Below the pieces are notes generated by a model, which saw nothing but the letters and a program-made list of their open reading frames with translations, searched no databases and had not been told where the DNA came from. Of a stretch of 64,000 nucleotides of DNA, positions 20,768-30,835 are shown one piece after another; the first letter of the stretch is position 1; every line of letters begins with the position of its first letter. The translations under genes were made by a program, and so were the position numbers. The stretch is from Longimicrobiales bacterium (lineage in GTDB: Bacteria; Gemmatimonadota; Gemmatimonadetes; Longimicrobiales; Gaopeijiaceae): assembly GCA_965249725.1 (NCBI GenBank), contig CBDFMQ010000002.1:1760001-1824000 (forward strand), read 5' to 3'.

Positions 20768-21704
20768 GAGCGGCCTGATCGACGCCGTTCCACACACCAA
20801 CCCGCCGGACCTGGATCGGAGGGGGCGGGACTGGTACATAGACAAGGCCGTCTCGGTACTGGTCTTCATCGGCGGAATCTCGGCTATCGTCTTTATCCTC
20901 GGGATCTTCGTGTTCATCACCCGAGAAGGTCTCGGCTTCATGTTCGGGGCCATGGACGTGCGTGAGTTCCTCACGTCGCCGGCCTGGCGCCCGACGTCGC
21001 AGAATAATCCGACGTACGGCATCCTGGCCCTCATGGCCGGTACGGCGAGCGTGACAGGCTTGGCTATGGTGGTCTCCGTACCGTTCTCGCTGGGTGCGGC
21101 GATCTTCATCGGTGAGTTCGCCACCGGGCGACTGCGAGAGGCGCTCAAGGTGCTTGTCGAGCTGCTGGCGGCCATCCCCTCCGTAGTCTGGGGTTTCATC
21201 GGTCTCTCGATCATGAACCCCCTGATCATCGACATCTTCAACGTGCCGGTGGGACTCAGCGTTCTGAATTCGGGAATCATCCTCGGCCTCATGGCCGCGC
21301 CCATCATGACGACAATCGCCGAGGACGCGCTCAAGGCGGTACCCGACACCTACAGAGAGGCCGCCGAGGCCATGGGCGCGACCCGGTGGCAGGTCATCTT
21401 CAAGGTCGTGATCCCGGCCGCGAAGAACGGGCTGATGGCAGCGGTCCTACTAGGTGTAGGACGCGGCTTCGGAGAGACGATGGCCGTGCTCATGGCCAGC
21501 GGTCACTCGGTCAACATCCCTACCAGTCCCTTCGACTCGGTGCGGGCACTCACGGCTACGATCGCCGCGGAGCTCGGTGAAACCGCCGTGGGATCCGACC
21601 ACTTCCAGGCACTCTTTACGATCGGCATCCTGCTGTTCGCGATCACCTTCGTCATCAACCTCACGGCGGACCTCGTGGTGAAGGGGATAAGGACGGAGTC
21701 GTGA
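20757..21704 (+). CDS. pstC: Phosphate ABC transporter permease
   Basis: ELLAAIPSVVWG, REAAEAMGATRWQ and GRGFGETMAV motifs. Confidence 0.95.
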   Translation: MPAESGLIDAVPHTNPPDLDRRGRDWYIDKAVSVLVFIGGISAIVFILGIFVFITREGLGFMFGAMDVREFLTSPAWRPTSQNNPTYGILALMAGTASVTGLAMVVSVPFSLGAAIFIGEFATGRLREALKVLVELLAAIPSVVWGFIGLSIMNPLIIDIFNVPVGLSVLNSGIILGLMAAPIMTTIAEDALKAVPDTYREAAEAMGATRWQVIFKVVIPAAKNGLMAAVLLGVGRGFGETMAVLMASGHSVNIPTSPFDSVRALTATIAAELGETAVGSDHFQALFTIGILLFAITFVINLTADLVVKGIRTES

Positions 21705-22576
21705 GCATCTTCGCATCGACGGCGCTCAACGAGCGTAACCGTAGGGTGGAGGGTCTCTTCCGCACGCTCTTCCTACTCATGACCATGCTGCTCGTCGTCC
21801 CGGTAGTCATGATCCTGTCTGTGCTGATCTGGAAGGGTGGGCCGTCGCTGTCGATGGAGTTCCTGTTCAGTGCACCGACCAACGGGATGACTGCCGGAGG
21901 GATCTTTCCGGCGCTCATCGGAACCGTCTGGTTGGTCGCCGTAGCTCTCCTGGCTTCGGTACCGGTCGGAGTGGCGGCAGCCATCTACCTGTCCGAGTAC
22001 GCGCCCGACAACTGGCTCACGCGCATCATCAACCTGGCCATCATCAACCTGGCCGGGGTGCCTTCAATCGTGCACGCCCTGTTCGGCGTGGGCGCCTTCG
22101 TGAGCTTCGCCCGGTTCGGCACCAGCATCCTCGCCGCGAGCCTCACCCTTGCGGTCATGACCCTACCGGTCGTCATCGTGGCTACTCGCGAGTCGCTCCA
22201 AGCGGTGCCCCACGCCTTCCGGGAGGCGTGCTGGAACATGGGTGCCACCAGGTGGCAGACGATCCGGAGGGTGGTCCTGCCCAATTCGATCAGCGGGATC
22301 CTGACAGGGATCATCCTGGAGGTCTCGCGGACTGCGGGAGAGACCGCACCCATCATGTTCACGGGCGCGGCCTTCTTCCTCCCCTTCCTGCCCCAGAGCG
22401 TCTTCGATCAGACCATGGCGATGTCCCTCCACTTGTTCGTCATCGCGACACAGGTGCCCGGGGTTCCGGAGGGGCTTCCCTACGGGGTGGCCCTGGTCCT
22501 GATCTCGATGGTGCTGATCATGAACGCCGCCTCCATCGGGTTCCGGGTCTACCTACGAGGTAAGAAGAAGTGGTAG
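21701..22576 (+). CDS. pstA: Phosphate ABC transporter permease
   Basis: NLAGVPSIV, MGATRWQT and RTAGETAP motifs. Confidence 0.95.
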   Translation: MSIFASTALNERNRRVEGLFRTLFLLMTMLLVVPVVMILSVLIWKGGPSLSMEFLFSAPTNGMTAGGIFPALIGTVWLVAVALLASVPVGVAAAIYLSEYAPDNWLTRIINLAIINLAGVPSIVHALFGVGAFVSFARFGTSILAASLTLAVMTLPVVIVATRESLQAVPHAFREACWNMGATRWQTIRRVVLPNSISGILTGIILEVSRTAGETAPIMFTGAAFFLPFLPQSVFDQTMAMSLHLFVIATQVPGVPEGLPYGVALVLISMVLIMNAASIGFRVYLRGKKKW

Positions 22577-23334
22577 ACCCGACCGTGAAGGTGTCGGTCC
22601 AGGATCTCCGCGTGCAATACGGGGAGGCCGAGGTGCTCCATGGCATCGACCTGGAGGTGAAGGAACACGAGATCTTCGGGATCATCGGCCCTGCCAACGG
22701 AGGTAAGACGACCTTCCTGCGGACGCTCAACCGCATGGATCTCTTCGATCCTGATATGTCCGTTCACGGCCGCGTCGAGTTCAACGGGCGTGACGTCCGG
22801 GACATCCGGAACGTCTACGCGCTACGCCAGAGGATCGGGGTGGTATTCCCGTTGCCTGTGGGGCTTCCCCTTTCGATCTACGACAACGTGGCACTCGCAC
22901 CGAGGCTGGCCGGCATCAAGAAGCGGTCGGTGCTGGATGACATCGTCGAGCGCTGTCTGACGCGCGCCGCGCTCTGGGACGAAGTGAAGGACCGCCTCGA
23001 CGCCTTGGGAAGCCTCCTGTCCGGAGGGCAGCAGCAGCGCCTCACGATCGCCCGCGCCCTCTCACAGGACCCGGATCTGCTCCTTCTCGACGAGTTCTCC
23101 ATTGCCGTCGACCCTGTAACGACCATGTGCATCGAGGACGTTCTCAAGGAGCTCAAGAACGAGATCACGATAATCCTGGTCACGAACCTGGTGCAGCAGG
23201 CCCGGCGCCTGGCAGACCGCACCGCGTTCTTCCTGAATGGTGAGTTGGTCGAGATCGGGGTCACCGAGGACTTCTTCACGGGCCCCGTAGAGGATCAGCG
23301 GACTCGCGACTACGTGGAGGGTCGGTTTGGCTAG
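22570..23334 (+). CDS. pstB: Phosphate ABC ATPase 1 (degenerate Q-loop and H-switch)
   Basis: GPANGGKTT, LWDEVKDRL, LSGGQQQR and YVEGRFG; but VFPLP and VTNLV at the Q and H positions. Confidence 0.9.
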   Translation: MVDPTVKVSVQDLRVQYGEAEVLHGIDLEVKEHEIFGIIGPANGGKTTFLRTLNRMDLFDPDMSVHGRVEFNGRDVRDIRNVYALRQRIGVVFPLPVGLPLSIYDNVALAPRLAGIKKRSVLDDIVERCLTRAALWDEVKDRLDALGSLLSGGQQQRLTIARALSQDPDLLLLDEFSIAVDPVTTMCIEDVLKELKNEITIILVTNLVQQARRLADRTAFFLNGELVEIGVTEDFFTGPVEDQRTRDYVEGRFG

Positions 23335-24106
23335 ATCCGCATCCGTCGCGATCGAAACGCGTGACCTGAGCCTCTGGTATGGTACGTTTCAGGCCTTGTT
23401 CGATGTCGACCTGAAGGTCAAGCAGGGCATCATTACGTCACTGATCGGCCCGTCGGGGTGCGGCAAGACGACGCTGCTCCGTACGGTGAACCGGATCAAC
23501 TCGCGCATGGGCGACTACGTGCGCACGACAGGCTCCGTCGATGTGCTCGGCCACGACGTCTTCGATCACGACGTGGAGTTGGCTCAGCTGCGCAAGCAGG
23601 TGGGGATGGTCTTCCAGCGGCCCAACCCGCTGCCCCTCTCGGTGAGGGACAACGTCCTCTTCAGCCATCGCCTCCACCGCGGCAGCGAGCGTGTGTCCCG
23701 CGACGACGAGGACGCCATCGTTCAGGACGCGCTCGAACAGGTCCTGCTGTGGGATCACGTGAAGGACCGCCTGGACCGGAAGGCGACGTTCCTCTCGCTC
23801 GAGGAGCAGCAGAAGCTGTGCATCGCTCGCCTGCTACCGGTGAAGCCGTCCGTCCTGCTCATGGACGAGCCGACATCCGCCCTGGACCCCGAGGCCACCC
23901 AGACGCTGGAGGACCTCATCTGGGACCTGCGCGGGGACTACACCATTCTCATCGTGACGCACAACATGGCGCAGGCCCGGCGTGCCAGTGAAGAATGTGC
24001 GTTCATGCTCATGGGCAAGATGATCGAGCACGGCCCGACCGCCGAGCTCTTCCTCACGCCCGAAAAACAGGAGACCGCCGACTACATCGAAGGTCGGTAC
24101 GGCTGA
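23327..24106 (+). CDS. pstB: Phosphate ABC ATPase 2 (degenerate signature)
   Basis: GPSGCGKTT, VFQRPNP, DEPTSALDP and VTHNM; signature reads LSLEEQQK. Confidence 0.92.
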   Translation: MARSASVAIETRDLSLWYGTFQALFDVDLKVKQGIITSLIGPSGCGKTTLLRTVNRINSRMGDYVRTTGSVDVLGHDVFDHDVELAQLRKQVGMVFQRPNPLPLSVRDNVLFSHRLHRGSERVSRDDEDAIVQDALEQVLLWDHVKDRLDRKATFLSLEEQQKLCIARLLPVKPSVLLMDEPTSALDPEATQTLEDLIWDLRGDYTILIVTHNMAQARRASEECAFMLMGKMIEHGPTAELFLTPEKQETADYIEGRYG

Positions 24107-24164
24107 GTCGTACGCCCCGGATAGGCTTTTCTCTGCTCGAATCACCCAAGGAGAAGACGCGACC

Positions 24165-25406
24165 TTGATTACCATCACCCCCGTTTCACGCGCCTTGGTC
24201 CCGGTGGATTCAGAGGCTGCTGCTCGAATCAGCGCGCCCAACTACGACGAATTCCAAAGTGACCACGAAATCTGGGAGGTCCTCCAGACGCACCCGATGA
24301 GCCTTCTCCGGGTCACGATGGCACACTGCGATGCGGCTTCGCCGGCGGATATCGAGTCGGGGGACACGGCGACCTCGCTGGCCCGGGCCAAGACCAACAT
24401 GGAGGAGCTCGTTGAGAGCGATCTCACGCGCGAGGTCCGCGACGTGCTATGGGTCTACGAGATACTGGATCCGAGGCGACCGGACCGTCCCCAGACCGGC
24501 CTGGGCGGGATGGCACGTACCTCACAGATCCGTACGGACGCAACGCCCGAGGGGACGATCATCCGGAACGAAGGGATCCGCGAGCCCAAGGCCCTCGGTC
24601 GGGCCGACCTCATCGAAGCGACCAACGCCATCGTCGGAATCGTGAACAACGCGGTGGACGACGTCTCGGGTGCGTTTCACGCCGCACTCGACGCGTACGC
24701 GGCCGCGGCCGCACCCGACCTCGAGGTCACGGATGGGAAAGAGAACCGGCACCGGGTATGGATCGTGGACGACTCGGGCGATGTCGCGCGCTTTCGCCAA
24801 CTCCTGGCCGAGGAGCCGCACGCGTATGTAGCGGACGGCAACCATAGAAGTGCCGCGGCGGCCATGTTGGGTTACGACACCTTCCTTGCTGTCTTCTTCC
24901 CCGCCGCGACCATGGGCATCTACCCATACAACCGTCTCGTCACGACTGCAGAGGAGCCGATCTCCGGGCTATCGGCGGCGGTCGCGAAGAACTTCGAGAT
25001 CGGCGGGACCCTGGAAACCGCAGCCTATCAGCCCACCGAGACCCATAGCATCGGGCTCTACTCGCCCGAGCAGAGTTGGATGCAGTTGCGACCACTCCCC
25101 GGCACCTTCGATCCGGACAATGCCGTCCAGGCGATCGACGCCGACATCGTACAGCGGAAGCTGTTCGCCGAGGTCTTGGGGATCGACGACGCCAGTGACC
25201 CCCGGCTGACCTTCGTGGGAAGCAACAAGGACGCCACCTGGCTCCAGGCCGCCGTCGACGAGGGGCGAGCAGCCTACGCCGTCACGCTCCCAGCCGTCAC
25301 CATGAGCCAGTTCATCCATGTGTGCCGACAGAACCGACACATGCCGCCCAAGTCGACGTGGTTCGAGCCCAAGATCCGGAGCGGGCTCGTGATGGCGCTG
25401 CTCTAG
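24165..25406 (+). CDS. DUF1015 family protein
   Basis: YVADGNHRSAA, PYNRLV and MPPKSTWFEPKIRSGL motifs. Confidence 0.85.
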   Translation: MITITPVSRALVPVDSEAAARISAPNYDEFQSDHEIWEVLQTHPMSLLRVTMAHCDAASPADIESGDTATSLARAKTNMEELVESDLTREVRDVLWVYEILDPRRPDRPQTGLGGMARTSQIRTDATPEGTIIRNEGIREPKALGRADLIEATNAIVGIVNNAVDDVSGAFHAALDAYAAAAAPDLEVTDGKENRHRVWIVDDSGDVARFRQLLAEEPHAYVADGNHRSAAAAMLGYDTFLAVFFPAATMGIYPYNRLVTTAEEPISGLSAAVAKNFEIGGTLETAAYQPTETHSIGLYSPEQSWMQLRPLPGTFDPDNAVQAIDADIVQRKLFAEVLGIDDASDPRLTFVGSNKDATWLQAAVDEGRAAYAVTLPAVTMSQFIHVCRQNRHMPPKSTWFEPKIRSGLVMALL

Positions 25407-25448
25407 GCCGACCTCCGTCCAACCCCCCGGCCGGCCTCGGCTTGGAGC

Positions 25449-25931
25449 CTACCCCACCGTCGCCCAGCACTCGATCTCGACCGCTGCGCCCAAGGCTAGC
25501 CCGTCCGCGCCGAAGGCTGAACGCGACGGCTTGGGCCCCGGGAAGAACTCGGCGTACACCTCGTTCATCGCCGGCCACTCGGCCATGTCGTCGATCATGA
25601 TGGTGCACTTCACGACGCGATCCATCGAGGACCCGTATCGCTCCAGGACGTCCTTGATGTTCTCGAGCGTCTGGCGTGTCTCGGCCTGGATGCCCCCCCG
25701 TACCTTCTCGGTGGTTCCGGGAATGCTGCCGATCTGCCCCGAAAGGTAGAGCATGGAGCCCACCCTCACGGCCTCTGAGAACGGGAAGCCCATGGCCGCG
25801 TACTCGGGTGTCGTCAAATGTTCGACATCGGGCCCGGCCTGTGTCGCGGCCGACGCATCGGGCGTGGGTGGCTCACAAGCGAGCAGTCCCAGCGTGGCGG
25901 CAACGGCCAACAGAGGCGTCGATTTCACCAT
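25449..25931 (-). CDS. RidA family protein with lipoprotein signal
   Basis: ATG 25931, lipobox LLAC; PFSEAV, LSGQIG, PSRSAF and VEIEC. Confidence 0.88.
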   Translation of the reverse strand: MVKSTPLLAVAATLGLLACEPPTPDASAATQAGPDVEHLTTPEYAAMGFPFSEAVRVGSMLYLSGQIGSIPGTTEKVRGGIQAETRQTLENIKDVLERYGSSMDRVVKCTIMIDDMAEWPAMNEVYAEFFPGPKPSRSAFGADGLALGAAVEIECWATVG

Positions 25932-26022
25932 TGGTCTTCTCCTGGTCGAAAGGGGCCCATCGCTGAGCTGAGCGTCGGCGGGCCATTGCGTACGGATTGT
26001 CAGCGCCCAATGTATCAGCACT

Positions 26023-27426
26023 ATGATGACTAACGCTCATGGGACCTGGCTGGCGTGCGGCCTCCTTGCCGCGGCCTTCGCGCTCGGGATCGACGATCTC
26101 GGAGCACAAACACCGTCCAAACCGGGATCCGCAGAGATGCGGTTCTGGGATTGGACGAGCCTCGATTTCTCCGCAGAAGAGTACGCAGCTCGCCGCTCGC
26201 GTCTCCTGGACGGCCTGGCCGACACAGGCGGAGGCATCCTCATCATTCCCGGAGATCACGGCATCAGCCACGGCGTGACGTTCCGGCAACTCGACGACTT
26301 CCACTACCTGACCGGGCTCGAGGTCCCTGCTTCGATTCTGGCCCTCGATTCCGACCGGGGCGAAGTGATCCTCTTCACACCGCCTAGAGACGGGCGCTAC
26401 GAGAACCCCGGACGCCCCAACGACTTTCCCGGGCGGCCTCTCGGTGACGACCCCACGTTGAGCACGGTATCGGGCATCGAGGGCATCGTCGACGCTGAGA
26501 CCTTCGAGTCCCGCCTCGACGACTGGACGCGCGAAGGACGCCTGCTCCGCGTGAACGGAGGCCGACGAGGCGACTTGCCGTCCACGGAGACGGTGGCCCT
26601 GCCCGACTGGGATGCGGAGGACCTGCTTTTGCTGCACATCCGCACCGCACGGCCGAGCGCTCGTCTCGCCAACGCCTTCGAGCCGATCGCTCGGGTCCGC
26701 TCCGTGAAGGGCCCCAACGAGATCGACGCCATGCGCCGCAGCGCCGAACTCACGGCCCGCTCGATCCGCGAAGCGGCCGGATGGGTGACGGCAGGAGTCG
26801 ACGAGCGCACCCTGGAGGGTCACTTCCAGCTCGGCTGCAAGAAGGGTGGCTCCCAGCGCGTACCGTTCCACCCGATCGTGAAGTCGGGCCCAAATTCCCT
26901 ACGGCCCTGGCGGGTCCTGACAGCCCACTATGACCGACGCAACCGGCGCATGGAGAACGGCGATCTGGTCATCTTCGACGTGGGCTGCGAGTTGAATCAC
27001 TTCGTCAGCGACGTCGGACGCACCTTTCCGGTGTCGGGCCGCTTCAGCCCCGAGCAGCGGCGCGCCCTTGATCTCAGCACCTCGGTCTCCGACGCTATCA
27101 TCGCCGCGATCAAGCCCGGGATCACGCTCCTGGATCTGCAGGAGGTGGCCGAGAGCAATATCCCGAATGATCAGAAGAAGTACATGCAGACAGGGCTGTA
27201 CTTCGGTCACCACATCGGCCTCTCGACGGGGACCCCCGTTCTGACGGACGAGCCCCTGCAACCGGGGATGATCTTCACCGTGGAGCCCTGGTACTACAAC
27301 CACGACGACCAGATCTCCGTGTTCATCGAGGACGCAGTCCTGGTCACCGAGACCGGGGCGGAGGTGCTGTCCGACGACCTGCCGCGCAGCGCCGAGGAGT
27401 TGGAGAAGCTGGTACCGGCGAGGTAA
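26023..27426 (+). CDS. Exported Xaa-Pro aminopeptidase (M24B)
   Basis: Signal peptide; DVGCE, SDVGRT, GHHIGL, TVEP and IEDAVLVT motifs. Confidence 0.88.
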   Translation: MMTNAHGTWLACGLLAAAFALGIDDLGAQTPSKPGSAEMRFWDWTSLDFSAEEYAARRSRLLDGLADTGGGILIIPGDHGISHGVTFRQLDDFHYLTGLEVPASILALDSDRGEVILFTPPRDGRYENPGRPNDFPGRPLGDDPTLSTVSGIEGIVDAETFESRLDDWTREGRLLRVNGGRRGDLPSTETVALPDWDAEDLLLLHIRTARPSARLANAFEPIARVRSVKGPNEIDAMRRSAELTARSIREAAGWVTAGVDERTLEGHFQLGCKKGGSQRVPFHPIVKSGPNSLRPWRVLTAHYDRRNRRMENGDLVIFDVGCELNHFVSDVGRTFPVSGRFSPEQRRALDLSTSVSDAIIAAIKPGITLLDLQEVAESNIPNDQKKYMQTGLYFGHHIGLSTGTPVLTDEPLQPGMIFTVEPWYYNHDDQISVFIEDAVLVTETGAEVLSDDLPRSAEELEKLVPAR

Positions 27427-27479
27427 ACCTCGGCCTTGCCGAGGGCTGTAACCGCGGCTCCGCCGCGCGCTGTAAGCGG

Positions 27480-28727
27480 CTAACGACCGTGGGGTCGGAG
27501 CCGGTCCCAGTTCAGGGCGTTGTACTTCCTGAGGACCTCGAGCGTCTCGTCGAGGGGGATGGCTTCGAGGGTCCCGCGAGCGCTCGTGACGGTCGTCGCC
27601 TTGAACATGGCGTTGTAGATCGCCTCTTCCGTGGCTTCGGCGGCGGCAGCGAAGAGTGGTGACATCTGGGCGTTCAGGAGCGACTCCCCGGGCCAGGGGT
27701 CCCGATTGGACCGTACTCGACGTACCTCGGGCGATGTCGAGAACGAGATCACGTAGTCTCCCGAGCTATTCGACGCGTACGATCCGGTCCGAGCGAGTCC
27801 CATGATCACTCGTGCCGAAAGGCGCTCCAGGTTCATCGCAGTCAACGGCGCATCGGTGGCCAGCACCATCATGATCGAGCCCCCGTCGTGCGGCGAGAGA
27901 TCCGCTCCTCCCTCGGGGCTGGCGGTCGGGTAGGTAGGTGCTTCCTGCCCCGCGTCCCCACGTGACCCGCCCTCGAGCAGCTGGCTGTAGGGGTAGTTGC
28001 CGAGCTCCCGTCCGACGGGCGCACCGTTCATCTCAAGCACACCACCGAAGTTGGTCTGCACCAGGATGCCCACCGTGTATCCGCCCAACTCGGGCGGCAG
28101 TACCCGCGAACTCGTACCGATCCCACCCTTCCACCCGAACGCCTGCGAGCCCGTACCCCCTCCCACACTTCCCTCGGCTACCGGCCCGCCGGCCGCATTG
28201 TCCAACGCCTCCGCTACGTGCTCATAGCGGATGGGGTCCGCCCACATATCGTTTACCCGACTGTCGTTCACCTCGCCGACGATCGGGTTGATGGTGTGCT
28301 GAGATTCACCGGGGCGATGGAGGAGGTAGTCGGCCAAGGCCTCGGCTGCGTTCCAGACGCACAGCGTGCACACCAAGAGGATGGGGGTCTCGATCTCCCC
28401 GAACTCTCGTACCTGGGTCTCGCCGATGAGCTTGCCGTAGCCATTGCCCTGGTAGATCCACCCGGGAATGGGCTCACGATACAGGTCGCCCGGTGCGGGA
28501 ATGATCGCCGTGACGCCGGTCCGGATCGTCTCTCCCTCGATGACGGTGGAATGTCCTACCAGGACACCACCCACATCGGTGATCGCGTTGTGTTCTCCCG
28601 TCGGGAAGATGCCGACCACGAGGCCGGCCTCACGGGCGCGAGGGCGCTCTTGGGCTCCGGCAGGTCCGACTCCGAGCCACGGTACGGCCAGTGCCGCGGC
28701 GATGAGCAAAAATCCTCTGTCCCTCAT
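27480..28727 (-). CDS. DmpA/S58 (P1) family aminopeptidase, exported
   Basis: NAITDV.GV.VGH, NGYGK, GWKGGIGTSSR, GG|SIM autoprocessing site and SGDYVISFST. Confidence 0.9.
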   Translation of the reverse strand: MRDRGFLLIAAALAVPWLGVGPAGAQERPRAREAGLVVGIFPTGEHNAITDVGGVLVGHSTVIEGETIRTGVTAIIPAPGDLYREPIPGWIYQGNGYGKLIGETQVREFGEIETPILLVCTLCVWNAAEALADYLLHRPGESQHTINPIVGEVNDSRVNDMWADPIRYEHVAEALDNAAGGPVAEGSVGGGTGSQAFGWKGGIGTSSRVLPPELGGYTVGILVQTNFGGVLEMNGAPVGRELGNYPYSQLLEGGSRGDAGQEAPTYPTASPEGGADLSPHDGGSIMMVLATDAPLTAMNLERLSARVIMGLARTGSYASNSSGDYVISFSTSPEVRRVRSNRDPWPGESLLNAQMSPLFAAAAEATEEAIYNAMFKATTVTSARGTLEAIPLDETLEVLRKYNALNWDRLRPHGR

Positions 28728-28734
28728 GACACCC

Positions 28735-29160
28735 TCACTTCTCGGGAGGTGGGTCGCCGTCGTCCGAGTGGGCTTCACGGTCGGCGGTCGGAGTCTTGGT
28801 CTCTCCAGTCCCGCTATCCTGCCGGCTAGAGCTGCCGACGCCGTACGTCACCGACGGGTAGAGCCGCGACCCCGTGGACTCCTCCCGGGCCCGGCTCAAT
28901 GACCGCAACCTAAAGAGGTGGGCCGTCGTGGAGAACAGCACCAGCGCCACGGTCGCCAGGCCCGCGGTACCGGGCACATTGATGGGGAACACCCCCGGCA
29001 CCGTCGTCCCCATGAGCACCAATCCCGCCAGCGCCTCAACCAGCGTCAGGAGCGCTACGCCGGCTCCGGCACGCTGTGTCGAACGGCCCTTCAGGACCGC
29101 CGACAGGAGCGCAAAGGCCCGGAACAGGAAGAGAAGACCTCGAAGCGGAAGTTCACCCAT
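28735..29160 (-). CDS. Small membrane hypothetical protein
   Basis: Three hydrophobic segments; fills the gap between same-strand genes. Confidence 0.55.
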   Translation of the reverse strand: MGELPLRGLLFLFRAFALLSAVLKGRSTQRAGAGVALLTLVEALAGLVLMGTTVPGVFPINVPGTAGLATVALVLFSTTAHLFRLRSLSRAREESTGSRLYPSVTYGVGSSSRQDSGTGETKTPTADREAHSDDGDPPPEK

Positions 29161-29240
29161 GCCCGCAAGGTGCCGCGGCGATCAGGACTAGTGCAAGCGA
29201 CCCGGTCGGCCTCGGACCGCACGTCGGTCTCCACCCCTAC

Positions 29241-30419
29241 CTAACGTGTGATCAGTAGAATCCGGTCGTCCTCGGCAGCGGGGGTCCCACGGCCGTCCCG
29301 GTTGCTGGTGGCCAGGTACACCTCGCCGGTCGGGCCCACCAAGACATCGCGCAACCGTCCGAACTCGCCCTGATACAGCGCCTCGCGACCCACAGCACGC
29401 TGACCGTCGGCGGAGAGTTCGATTCGATAGAGCGTCTCGCCGATGAGAGACGTCGTGAGAAGGCTCCCCTTCCATTCCGGAATCAGATCGCCGTCATAGT
29501 AGTCCAGGCCGGAAATTCCGATGGTCGGAGTCCACGCTTCCAGGGGCTCGACCACGTCGTTGCTCGCGCAGAAGGCCTCCTCCCCCGAGGTGTCTCCATC
29601 GCAGAAGCCATGCACGTCGGGCCACCCGAAGTTGCCGCCGCTCACGAGCCGACTGACCTCGTCGTTGTCGCTCGGGCCGTGCTCGGCCACATAGAGGTCA
29701 CCCGTGCTCGGGTGGAACACGATGCCCTGGGGATTCCGGTGGCCGAAGGAGTAGACCAGGGAACCGAACGCGTTGTCGGGAGCCGGAGCCCCGTCCAGCG
29801 TGAGGCGGAGTACCTTGCCGGCCAAGGACTCCAGATCCTGTGCCAGGTCGGTACGCCCCGCATCGCCCATCGTCATGTAGAGGTATCCGTCGGGGCCCAC
29901 CGTGAGGCGCGACCCGTCGTGGTTGCTACGACCCGGAATGTCGTCGATCAGGATCTCTACAGGACCAAGGTCAGCGCCGTCGTACCGCACCCGGATCAGT
30001 CGGTTTTGGATGTCGGTACGCGTTCCATAGGAATGGGCCAGGTAGAGGTACGGCTGATTCGAGAAGTCGGGGTGGAAGGCCATACCCATGAGGCCGCTCT
30101 CTCCCTGCTCCAGAACATCCACCTCACCCACCAGTGTGACCGCGCCGGTGCTCGGGTCGACCCGGGATACGAGACCGGGCCGCTCGGTCATCCAGATGGC
30201 ACCGTCGGGACCCCAGGCCAGATCCCATGGAGTATCCAAACCCGACACCAGCGTCTCGACACGCAGAGGCGAGGTCGTGACCACCGTGGTGGTCGGGGCC
30301 TCGGCGGGCGTCGTGCAGGACATGAGGATGGTGCCTGCGAGCGTGACAAGGCACAGCGCCCGGACCCGTTTGGCTAGCGGGGCGAGTCGATGACGTTGGT
30401 GATCTCGTTTCGTCATCAT
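29241..30419 (-). CDS. PQQ-dependent sugar dehydrogenase (GSDH family) lipoprotein
   Basis: HDGSRL, GHRNPQG, EHGP..NDE, NFGWP and GRLRDV motifs; start uncertain. Confidence 0.9.
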   Translation of the reverse strand: MMTKRDHQRHRLAPLAKRVRALCLVTLAGTILMSCTTPAEAPTTTVVTTSPLRVETLVSGLDTPWDLAWGPDGAIWMTERPGLVSRVDPSTGAVTLVGEVDVLEQGESGLMGMAFHPDFSNQPYLYLAHSYGTRTDIQNRLIRVRYDGADLGPVEILIDDIPGRSNHDGSRLTVGPDGYLYMTMGDAGRTDLAQDLESLAGKVLRLTLDGAPAPDNAFGSLVYSFGHRNPQGIVFHPSTGDLYVAEHGPSDNDEVSRLVSGGNFGWPDVHGFCDGDTSGEEAFCASNDVVEPLEAWTPTIGISGLDYYDGDLIPEWKGSLLTTSLIGETLYRIELSADGQRAVGREALYQGEFGRLRDVLVGPTGEVYLATSNRDGRGTPAAEDDRILLITR

Positions 30420-30541
30420 TGGCTCCTCTGGCCGACGACGGGACATACCCGATTTATCGTGCATCTTAGCGGCGCTGGCAATGACCACTTCCCGTCCACG
30501 GCTTGCCGCGCCTCCGGCGTTTAGGGCAAACTGTCCAAATC

Positions 30542-30835
30542 ATGCCTCCACATGCCTCCCGAGAAACCAGCGCGAGCCCCACCGCATATTGGCGGCGCAA
30601 CCTCGCGTATGTAACGACCCTGCTGGTCGTCTGGTTCCTCGTCTCCTACGGGGCCGGAATCCTGTTCGTCGACCAACTCAACGCCATCCGGATTCCCGGC
30701 ACGGGATTCCCCCTCGGCTTCTGGTTCGCGCAGCAGGGCTCCATCTACGTGTTCGTCGTTCTGATCTTCGTCTACGTAGTCCTCATGAATCGCCTGGACC
30801 GGAAGCACGGTGTCGACGAGGAGGTGGACGGATGA
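30542..30835 (+). CDS. DUF4212 small membrane partner of SSS transporter
   Basis: YWRRNL and GFPLGFWFAQQGSI; overlaps the symporter start. Confidence 0.9.
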   Translation: MPPHASRETSASPTAYWRRNLAYVTTLLVVWFLVSYGAGILFVDQLNAIRIPGTGFPLGFWFAQQGSIYVFVVLIFVYVVLMNRLDRKHGVDEEVDG

